Below are positions 31,673 through 39,383 of a DNA stretch of 64,000 nt, piece after piece. This stretch comes from Alphaproteobacteria bacterium (lineage in GTDB: Bacteria; Pseudomonadota; Alphaproteobacteria; RF32; CAG-239). Under the pieces are notes generated by a model. The model worked only from the letters and a program-made list of their open reading frames with translations. It had not been told where the DNA came from and ran no database searches. The translations under genes were made by a program, and so were the position numbers. Where the stretch lies: contig SUUY01000002.1 of NCBI GenBank assembly GCA_015062285.1, forward strand, positions 52,114 through 116,113, in the 5' to 3' direction. Every line of letters begins with the position of its first letter. Position 1 is the first letter of the stretch.

Positions 31673-32524
31673 ATGGAAGAAGGGACAAAAATGGAAAGTA
31701 TCCCACAGATAAAAAGATTGTTGTCTAACATACAAAAAAATTTGTCAGAACGTGGTTTCATGGCAAATAATGAATTTATTCAGGAGTGTCTTAACAATAA
31801 ACAATTTATAAATTTTGTCAGAATTGATACAGGTGAGTATACAGATTTAAAAAAGGCATTTAGTTTGTACAAAGAAAATCCCTCAATGAGTGCCCATAAT
31901 GCTCTTATTGCTCAATTGAAAAAACTCTGGAGTAATTTTGAGGTTTTTAATGAAGTGCTTAATACAACGATGCAACGTCTTGGCAATCAATATGAAAATA
32001 TAGCACAGGAAAAAATTCAGCAATTAGAAAACAATATAACAAAATCTAGGGAAATGCTTGGTGAGCAGGCAGGAAATGCCAATGCAAAAAAATATCAAGC
32101 TTATGCTGAAAAAAATAGAAAATCTGCATTTTGGTTATTTTGGTTTTCGGTTGCTATAATGGGTAGTTTAGCTATTTTTTCTGCATTTGCTTTGTATTTT
32201 ACAGAAATAACCTCTAAAGATTTATTCGTTAGAATTTCACTTTTCTTTGCAATTTTACTGCCTGCTTTTTTTATGATGAGAGAATCGAAAAAGCTCAAAG
32301 ATAAAGAGTTTCAATACACAGATATGGCTTATCGCATTATGACCTCGACCCCTTATATTGATGGATTATACATTTCAGAAGAAGAAAAAGCAAAACTTAA
32401 AGCTGAATTGGTCAAAGATTTCTTCGGGCGACCGATTGAATGTCGTGATGATGGAGGTTTGCCTCCTATTGAAAATATTTGTGAAATTATCAAGGCTTGT
32501 TTGAGCAATTGCAGAAGAGACTAA
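31673..32524 (+). CDS. Hypothetical coiled-coil + 2-TM membrane protein inside the RM operon
   Basis: Strong RBS taaggag; helical N-terminus, two hydrophobic segments (AFWLFWFSVAIMG..; ISLFFAILLPAFF), then RESKK...PYIDGL...LKAELVKDFFG. Confidence 0.85.
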   Translation: MEEGTKMESIPQIKRLLSNIQKNLSERGFMANNEFIQECLNNKQFINFVRIDTGEYTDLKKAFSLYKENPSMSAHNALIAQLKKLWSNFEVFNEVLNTTMQRLGNQYENIAQEKIQQLENNITKSREMLGEQAGNANAKKYQAYAEKNRKSAFWLFWFSVAIMGSLAIFSAFALYFTEITSKDLFVRISLFFAILLPAFFMMRESKKLKDKEFQYTDMAYRIMTSTPYIDGLYISEEEKAKLKAELVKDFFGRPIECRDDGGLPPIENICEIIKACLSNCRRD

Positions 32525-32537
32525 GGAGACTAAAGGA

Positions 32538-34004
32538 ATGAACTACAAGATAAGAGATTTTTTGTTATTGGCAGGATTGTGGAGTATTTTCCTTATAACA
32601 CCTTATATTATATCTTTTTGGGATATAAGTTATAAAGATCTTCTCGTGAGGTCGTGGTATATATATGCCGGTTTATCAATATTAACAATATTTTATCTGT
32701 TATATCCAGAAATCTTAAGAGGATTTTGCCAAAAGATATGTGACAGACAGATTGAGAATTTCGTTGGAGTATCTCCCGAAAATTCAAATACTGAGGAAGT
32801 AAACAAAATCAGAAATGATTTAAGAAATGAAAAATTAATTAGACCATCTACCAAAACTATTTCGGATGATCATAAAAAAAATATTAAAAAAGACTCTAAA
32901 CTTAGAGAATTATACAATTCTTTTAATAATGAAAAATATGAGAAAGTTATCTTAGATTCATTAAACTATATGAAAGAAATTAGCATAGATAAGAAAAAAG
33001 TTCCGTATGCTGTGTTAGCTGAAATGGCTTACTCTATGATAGAAGAGGAAAAAGATTACAATAAAGAAGATAGAATCTCTGTATTAAGAATTATTATAAA
33101 TCATTATGATGCTGTTACTCCAGAAATTTATGTAAATGGTTTGCTAAATTTAGCCTCTATATACAGCGATACAGACAATAATGATGCTGTATTAAAATTA
33201 ACATATAAAGCTATATATATATCAAAGCAAAATAAATTGGATTCCTCGTTGCTTAGTTATGCATACTATATACAAACTTTTGTTTTTTTAGTACAAAAAA
33301 AACTATCACAGGCGCTAGCAGCAGCTAAAGAAGGATTGAAATATGCTGATGAAACTAAAGAAGCATTATTCTACTACCTGGAAGCAATCATCTATTTTAA
33401 TTTTTATAATAATACAGAAATGGCAGAACAGTATGCAAAATTAAGTTGGAGTAAATTAACATCGGCTGACACATTTAGTGGTTTATTGGTTCAAATATAT
33501 TATTTTTCATTGTTTTTTAACCATAAATATGATGAGGCTTGTGAATTTTTAAGCATTTACTGTAATTCAGATACAAGTTCGACACAGATTAGAAATCTCC
33601 CTTATTTATTAGTTAAGTGCAATCGAATTGAAGAGGCTGAAAAGTTAGCAGAAGAATATAAGAAACAACATGAAAATCAGCAATTAGATTCCATAAATAA
33701 CGCTCTAGCTATGATAGCAATGCGTAATAGTGATTATGAAAAAGCTATATATTTATTTACAGAAATATTACCATCATTTGAAAGTGGTGATACCAACTAT
33801 GAAAAATATTTTTATGCTGAAATATTATATAATCGCGGGATTTGTTATTTAAAATTAAATAATTTTGCTAAAGCAAAAATTGATATTAATAAAGCTATGG
33901 AATTAAATTTTGATGATGTTGATAGCGATGTTTTAGAAAATTTATTTAATTACGACATCCAAAATAGTGCAAAAATGGAATTGAAAGCTATAGAAGATGC
34001 CTAA
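32538..34004 (+). CDS. Hypothetical N-terminal 2-TM + TPR-repeat protein inside the RM operon
   Basis: Two N-terminal hydrophobic helices; TPR-like repeats, e.g. AEILYNRGICYLKLNNFAKAKIDINKAMELN; stop overlaps the hsdS start. Confidence 0.85.
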   Translation: MNYKIRDFLLLAGLWSIFLITPYIISFWDISYKDLLVRSWYIYAGLSILTIFYLLYPEILRGFCQKICDRQIENFVGVSPENSNTEEVNKIRNDLRNEKLIRPSTKTISDDHKKNIKKDSKLRELYNSFNNEKYEKVILDSLNYMKEISIDKKKVPYAVLAEMAYSMIEEEKDYNKEDRISVLRIIINHYDAVTPEIYVNGLLNLASIYSDTDNNDAVLKLTYKAIYISKQNKLDSSLLSYAYYIQTFVFLVQKKLSQALAAAKEGLKYADETKEALFYYLEAIIYFNFYNNTEMAEQYAKLSWSKLTSADTFSGLLVQIYYFSLFFNHKYDEACEFLSIYCNSDTSSTQIRNLPYLLVKCNRIEEAEKLAEEYKKQHENQQLDSINNALAMIAMRNSDYEKAIYLFTEILPSFESGDTNYEKYFYAEILYNRGICYLKLNNFAKAKIDINKAMELNFDDVDSDVLENLFNYDIQNSAKMELKAIEDA

Positions 34005-35265
34005 TAAACTTCCGTTAAATTGGTGTGAGTGTAAATTTGAGGATGTTCTAGATTATGAACAGCCGACAAAATACATTGTGGAAAATACAGATTATCAAGA
34101 CCATGGAACTGCCGTATTAACAGCAGGAAAAAGCTTTATTCTCGGTTATACAAACGAAAAAGAGGGAATATTTGATGCATCAAAAGAGCCTGTTATTATA
34201 TTTGATGATTTTACCACAGCTTCAAAAATCGTAAAATTTCCATTTAAGGTAAAATCATCGGCGATGAAAATTCTACATCCAAAAACGAATATTAATATTG
34301 ATTATATTTATTATTTGATGCAAACAATTCACTACGAAAATGATACTCATAAACGATACTGGATTTCTGAATATGCAAAGCAATTTATTGCTTTACCACC
34401 GCTTAGAGAACAAGAAAGGATTGTTGAGAAGATTGAGGCTTTATTTGCGGATATTGACGAAGGAATGGAAAATCTTAAAACAGCACAAGCTCAAATCAAA
34501 CAGTATCGCCAATCCGTCCTCAAATCTGCTTTTGAAGGAAAACTTTACAAAACCACCGAATGGAAAGAAGTTGACATAACAAAAATAATTGCAAAAGAAA
34601 AGAATGCATTGAAAGCAGGTCCGTTTGGTAGTGCGTTAAAAAAAGAAATTTATGTTGAAAAAGGATATAAAATATACGGTCAGGAACAAGTTATTGCACA
34701 AGATCCGTTTTATGGAGATTATTATATCGATAAAAATAAATATGAACAATTAATATCTTGTAAAATTAAACCACATGATATTTTGATTAGTTTAGTTGGA
34801 ACTATTGGAAAAGTTCTAATTTTACCTAATAATATAGAAGAAGGCATTATTAATCCACGATTGTTAAAAGTAACCTTAGATTTTGATCAATATTTGCCAG
34901 AATTTTTTAAATTCTATTTTGAAAGCCAATATTTACGCAGTTTATTTAAGATGAAAGCTCATGGAGCAACAATGGATGTACTAAATTTAAGTATCTTAAA
35001 AGAACTACCTTTTCCTCTTCCAACACTCCCTGAACAAAAACGCATTGTTGAAGAGATTGAAAAACGCTTTGCTGTGGCAGATAAATTGGAAAAAGCGGTT
35101 AATGAGGGTTTAGAAAAAGCTGATAAACTTAAACAATCTATCTTAAAAAAAGCCTTTGAGGGCAAACTCGTTGCACAAAACCCTAACGACGAACCAGCCT
35201 CCATCCTCCTCGCCCGCATCAAAAAAGAAAACCAATCCCACCCCAAAGGAAAGAAAAAATGTTAA
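33997..35265 (+). CDS. hsdS: Type I RM specificity subunit
   Basis: LP.NW start, two TRDs each followed by a conserved helix (LPPLREQERIVEKIEALFA; LPTLPEQKRIVEEIEKRFA), QS.LK.AFEGKL twice. Confidence 0.95.
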   Translation: MPNKLPLNWCECKFEDVLDYEQPTKYIVENTDYQDHGTAVLTAGKSFILGYTNEKEGIFDASKEPVIIFDDFTTASKIVKFPFKVKSSAMKILHPKTNINIDYIYYLMQTIHYENDTHKRYWISEYAKQFIALPPLREQERIVEKIEALFADIDEGMENLKTAQAQIKQYRQSVLKSAFEGKLYKTTEWKEVDITKIIAKEKNALKAGPFGSALKKEIYVEKGYKIYGQEQVIAQDPFYGDYYIDKNKYEQLISCKIKPHDILISLVGTIGKVLILPNNIEEGIINPRLLKVTLDFDQYLPEFFKFYFESQYLRSLFKMKAHGATMDVLNLSILKELPFPLPTLPEQKRIVEEIEKRFAVADKLEKAVNEGLEKADKLKQSILKKAFEGKLVAQNPNDEPASILLARIKKENQSHPKGKKKC

Positions 35266-35597
35266 AAACAATAAAGACTATAAAAGAAAACATAGAGACT
35301 GCTATTGAAATAGCAGATAAACTTAAAGATTTAGAATTAAAAGAAACTGTTTTAAACCTTAAAGAACAAATTCTCAGTATTAGAGAAGAGAATATTTCTC
35401 TGAAAGAACTGATAGCTTCAAATAATCAAAAAGAAAATTTAATCTATAAAAATAATATGTATTGGAAAAAATTAGATGATGGCTCAGAAGATGGTCCGTA
35501 TTGCTCAGGGTGTTATGATACCAAAAAGACTTTAGTTCGTATGCATGTTCACCCACGTGGAAACATTTGTCCTTCATGTAAACAAACAATATATTAG
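35259..35597 (+). CDS. Hypothetical coiled-coil protein with C-terminal CxxC...CxxC zinc ribbon
   Basis: Heptad N-terminus; GPYCSGCYD...CPSC; start overlaps the hsdS stop. Confidence 0.8.
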   Translation: MLKTIKTIKENIETAIEIADKLKDLELKETVLNLKEQILSIREENISLKELIASNNQKENLIYKNNMYWKKLDDGSEDGPYCSGCYDTKKTLVRMHVHPRGNICPSCKQTIY

Positions 35598-35608
35598 GTA
35601 AAAATAAA

Positions 35609-37060
35609 ATGACTGAAAATAACCTCGTAACCAAAGTTTGGAATTATGCAACCATCTTAAAAGATGCCGGTGTCGTTTATATGGATTATGTCGCTCAGTT
35701 GACTTATCTGTTGTTCTTAAAAATGGATGACGAACGCACCACACTTCTTGGTGAAAAATCTTTACTTCCTGAGAAATATCGTTGGAATAAACTCAAGTCT
35801 CTTTCTGGTATTGATTTAGAAACACAATATTCCGAAACCTTGACCGCTCTTTCTAAGATGAATGGTATTATCGGAGCTATTTATACCAAAGCATCTAACA
35901 AAATCAATGAACCATCAAAATTACAAAGACTGGTATCATTAATTGATGGTGAAAACTGGCTCGGACTTGATGTTGATGTTAAAGGTGCTGTTTATGAAGG
36001 TTTGTTAGAGAAAAATGCAACCGAAACCAAAGCCGGAGCCGGTCAATATTTTACACCACGCCCGTTAATTAAGGCTATGGTTGAGGTTATGCGTCCGACA
36101 CCTGAAACGACGGTTACCGATCCGGCATGCGGAACCGGTGGATTTTTGCTTGCAGCTTATGATTATATGCGCTCTCAAACTAGCGATAAACTGAAAATAA
36201 AAGAGTTGAAAGAAAATAAACTTTCCGGAAATGATATTACACCGCTTGTTGTCAGCCTTTGCACCATGAATTTGTATCTGCGTGGTATCGGTGGAAACAA
36301 AGCTCCTATTAGAGAGTGTGATTCTTTAATGAATGCCGGTGATAAACGTTACGATATGGTACTGACCAATCCACCGTTTGGCAAAAAAGGTTCTCTTAAA
36401 ATTATGGGAGAAGATGGGTCAGTTACCACAGAAAAAGAAGAATACAATCGAGAAGACTTTATTGCCTCAACGTCAAATAAGCAAATCAACTTCGTGCAAC
36501 ATATTATGACTATCTTAAATTCTCATGGTCGTGCTGCGGTGGTTGTTCCTGACAATGTATTATTTGAAGGTGGTGCCGGAGAAAAAGTTCGCCGTCGTTT
36601 ACTCAATGAATTTAATTTACATACTATCTTGCGATTACCTACCGGTATTTTTTACGCGCAAGGAGTCAAAGCTAATGTGTTATTCTTTGATAAATACCCA
36701 CCACTTGATAATGGTCATCGTACACAAGACGTTTGGTTTTATGATTTGCGTACTAATATAAATTTGAGTTTAGTAACCAATCCGCTTAGTGATGTACATT
36801 TGGCTAATTTTATTAAATGCTATAACGCAGATAATATTGCTAAACGCGATGAAAGTGAACGTTTTAAGAAGTTTTCTTATGATGAGATTATTAATCGTGA
36901 CAAGGTTAGCCTTGATATTACTTGGCTTAAAGATGAAAGTTTAGAAAATCTTGAAAATCTACCTGATCCGGAAATTTTAGCTGATGAAATCATTGAGAAT
37001 TTAGAAACAGCACTAAATTCATTCAAAGATGTTATGATTGAATTACAAAAGGCAGAATAA
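35609..37060 (+). CDS. hsdM: Type I RM N6-adenine methyltransferase subunit
   Basis: QLTYLLFLKM, GAGQYFTPRPLI, DPACGTGGFL, TNPPFG, LHTILRLPTGIFYAQGVKANVLFF. Confidence 0.97.
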   Translation: MTENNLVTKVWNYATILKDAGVVYMDYVAQLTYLLFLKMDDERTTLLGEKSLLPEKYRWNKLKSLSGIDLETQYSETLTALSKMNGIIGAIYTKASNKINEPSKLQRLVSLIDGENWLGLDVDVKGAVYEGLLEKNATETKAGAGQYFTPRPLIKAMVEVMRPTPETTVTDPACGTGGFLLAAYDYMRSQTSDKLKIKELKENKLSGNDITPLVVSLCTMNLYLRGIGGNKAPIRECDSLMNAGDKRYDMVLTNPPFGKKGSLKIMGEDGSVTTEKEEYNREDFIASTSNKQINFVQHIMTILNSHGRAAVVVPDNVLFEGGAGEKVRRRLLNEFNLHTILRLPTGIFYAQGVKANVLFFDKYPPLDNGHRTQDVWFYDLRTNINLSLVTNPLSDVHLANFIKCYNADNIAKRDESERFKKFSYDEIINRDKVSLDITWLKDESLENLENLPDPEILADEIIENLETALNSFKDVMIELQKAE

Positions 37061-37174
37061 TTTTTTATAACTTAAGTACAACACTTAAACCCGAGTAAAC
37101 TCGGGAAGTCTTTTCATAATCAAACCTTACAGGTTTGACATGCTTCGCGTGAGGGTATTTTTCATAATACTTTA

Positions 37175-37211
37175 TCTGTCCAATACTTTCTATATATAAG
37201 TATTGGACAGA
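37175..37211. repeat. Perfect 14-9-14 palindrome downstream of hsdM
   Basis: TCTGTCCAATACTT-TCTATATAT-AAGTATTGGACAGA; related to 28759-28792. Confidence 0.9.
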
Positions 37212-37221
37212 CATATAAGTA

Positions 37222-38199
37222 TTAATAATTGTTTGTTCCACTATTCAAAACACTCAAAATCACTTGCTTCATCGTGTCTTTTTCTTCCGGTTTGCTTGAA
37301 GCAATAAGAAGTGTTAAAGCAAAAAGAGTAGCATTATCTAATATTGGAGCTCCATTTTGATAAAGCATGTTGTTTTTTTCCAAGAAATGAATAAAACATG
37401 CAGCTCCGATACGTTTATTGCCATCTGTAAAACTATGATTTTTAACCAACATGTATAAAAGCATAGCTGCCTTTTCCTCTAATGTCGGATAACAATCTTC
37501 TCCATCAAAGGTTTGATAGATCTGATTTATTGAACTATCAAAGCTGTCATCTTTAGGATTAGCAAAAACATCTGAACCAAATTCCGGTTTCATCTTAGAA
37601 ATAAGTTCTAAATATTCTTCTCTAGTTATTTTAACAGCTTCTCGCTTGGTTAAACCTTTGGTTGCAAGGGTTCTATTGTCATAATCATCCAATAGACCTA
37701 AGCCTTTAGCAAAAACTTCTAATACTTTTGCCAAATTTTGAGCATCATCAATATTTTTTGCCTGAGATGTAATAGAACGAGTGAGCAAATTGAGTGAATT
37801 TCTTAAAACTTCGATTTGTTCTTGTTTTTCGGCTAGTCTTTTTTCGTTAATAGCATAACCGGATACCAAATATTGCTTCAAAACATTTGTTGCCCACCTA
37901 CGAAATCTACTTGCTTCTGTAGAATTTGCTCGATATCCTACTGCTAAAACAACATCTAAATTAAAAAATTCAACTGGCTTATCGGAATTTGCAATGTGCA
38001 TTTTTTGCACATTGCTTTTTTGTTCAAGCTCGCCAGTCTTAAAAATATTATTGATGTGCCTTGATACACCGGATCGATCAATACGAAACAACTTAGCAAT
38101 TTCTTTTTTATTAAGCCAAATTGTATCTGTTTGATAATCTATTTGAACATCAATATCACCATGTGGGGTATAATAGATTTCTAAACTGTTGGTTGTCAT
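37222..38199 (-). CDS. RhuM / Fic-Doc family fusion protein
   Basis: RhuM motifs TIWL...IA.LF, SRHINNIFK.GEL, NLDVVLAVGYR.NS, FRRWA..VLKQYL..GYAINEKRL; Fic/Doc motif KNHSFTDGNKRIGA. Confidence 0.92.
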   Translation of the reverse strand: MTTNSLEIYYTPHGDIDVQIDYQTDTIWLNKKEIAKLFRIDRSGVSRHINNIFKTGELEQKSNVQKMHIANSDKPVEFFNLDVVLAVGYRANSTEASRFRRWATNVLKQYLVSGYAINEKRLAEKQEQIEVLRNSLNLLTRSITSQAKNIDDAQNLAKVLEVFAKGLGLLDDYDNRTLATKGLTKREAVKITREEYLELISKMKPEFGSDVFANPKDDSFDSSINQIYQTFDGEDCYPTLEEKAAMLLYMLVKNHSFTDGNKRIGAACFIHFLEKNNMLYQNGAPILDNATLFALTLLIASSKPEEKDTMKQVILSVLNSGTNNY

Positions 38200-38235
38200 A
38201 TTCTACATCTTCTAATTACTTATATCATTTACATT

Positions 38236-38264
38236 AGAATATTTACAAACATTTTAAGTGTCAA
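38236..38264 (-). promoter_or_regulatory. sigma70 promoter for rhuM-fic
   Basis: Minus strand TTGACA-17 bp-TATTCT. Confidence 0.6.
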
Positions 38265-38457
38265 AAGCTTTCTAGAGATTTACCCCGAAAACAAGATGAT
38301 AACAATGTGTCAGTATAAAACCAGAGCAATGGTTGTTTTTGCTTAGCAATCCCTACTCGCACCACTTGTTTTAAATGCACTCGGTAGAGTGCTTTTTTTA
38401 TGCTCTCGCCATTCAGGCGGCGCTTCAGGTTCATCGTCAATGTTGGAGGAATATACA

Positions 38458-38496
38458 AAAGAGCCAATGTATGCATTCCGCATACATTGGCTCTTT
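38458..38496. terminator. 17-bp perfect inverted repeat, probable terminator of 38503-38787
   Basis: aaagagccaatgtatgc-attcc-gcatacattggctcttt. Confidence 0.75.
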
Positions 38497-38502
38497 CTTT
38501 TT

Positions 38503-38787
38503 CTATATCTTATTCCATAATCTGCCTATGAACAAGATAATCACATAAACAGGATATCCCCATAGGATGTATCCTGTAAATAAACTAAGGCACCTAAATA
38601 CCTTAGAATTTCTACGATTTCTTAAAGATGGGAGGAACACGTGCTTAAAGCTATATGCACTAACGTATTTCCCCATCTTTGGGCTCCAAACCTTTGTGCG
38701 ATTTAGATTCCTTGAAGCAAGTATTATTGCTCCAATTACACCCCATAGCAGCACGAGGGCTGCAATAATGATTAAAATTGTTTTCAT
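38503..38787 (-). CDS. Small basic 2-TM hypothetical membrane protein
   Basis: N- and C-terminal hydrophobic helices, followed directly by a strong hairpin. Confidence 0.65.
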   Translation of the reverse strand: MKTILIIIAALVLLWGVIGAIILASRNLNRTKVWSPKMGKYVSAYSFKHVFLPSLRNRRNSKVFRCLSLFTGYILWGYPVYVIILFIGRLWNKI

Positions 38788-39020
38788 TTTTATTTTTTTT
38801 TATTTTGTTAAACTTCATATTATGTCTATTAATTCTCAAGAAATTCATAGTTTGAAGTTTAACCTCAAAACAAATATGAAAACTAAAAAAAATAATAGAC
38901 CATAAAACTTATTTACTCTTTTAATATACCATATTTCTGCTATCAAATCAATATAAAATCACATAGTGTTGTCAAAAATTTTGAAACACACTTAATTTTT
39001 GTCTTGATTTTTTGTCTAGA

Positions 39021-39038
39021 TGTGATTATATAATCACA
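39021..39038. promoter_or_regulatory. Perfect 18-bp palindromic operator-like site overlapping a TATAAT -10 box
   Basis: TGTGATTATATAATCACA; TTGATT upstream at 39004. Confidence 0.6.
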
Positions 39039-39059
39039 AAACCCAATTAAATATATATT

Positions 39060-39269
39060 ATGATTTGTGCTGTAATTAAGAGTGTCACTGAGTGCAATGG
39101 TACTTACACACTGAAGTTTTATGAAAATGAATTCCTCGTATCGTTAAGAGTTGAAAAGTCCGCTCTTAAAGGCCGACCAAAACCCAAAAGGGGAGATGTC
39201 ATCGAAGCAACCGTTGAAGACAGAAAGCTTATTTTCTACTTTAACGGAGAACTTCTGCAAGGAAAGTAG
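39060..39269 (+). CDS. Small beta-rich hypothetical protein (possible OB-fold)
   Basis: 69 aa with promoter-like site and terminator (accctgagac..gtttcagggt, 39278-39303); PKRGDVIEATV motif. Confidence 0.6.
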   Translation: MICAVIKSVTECNGTYTLKFYENEFLVSLRVEKSALKGRPKPKRGDVIEATVEDRKLIFYFNGELLQGK

Positions 39270-39383
39270 CAATTTATACCCTGAGACCTAAAAGTTTCAG
39301 GGTTATTATTTTTTAAAAGGCTTGATATTTAGATAAATAATCCTTAAATTTATGTAGGTGTTTTTAACTGGAGCAAAACTATT

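Larger units (their letters stand above)
27820..39310. mobile_element. tRNA-Phe-adjacent genomic (defence) island without visible integrase
   Basis: Starts at the tRNA 3' end; contains type I RM, RhuM-Fic, orphan ORFs and long non-coding gaps; right boundary inferred from return to the conserved Bat operon. Confidence 0.6.

Noticed and set aside
38373-38400. Resemblance of gcactcggtagagtgcttttttt to a tracrRNA 3' end
   Set aside because: Generic terminator hairpin; no cas gene, CRISPR repeat or anti-repeat seen
38261-38476. 71-aa minus-strand ORF as an antitoxin for the Fic gene
   Set aside because: Start lies within a terminator hairpin, no RBS, and it ends on the rhuM -35 box
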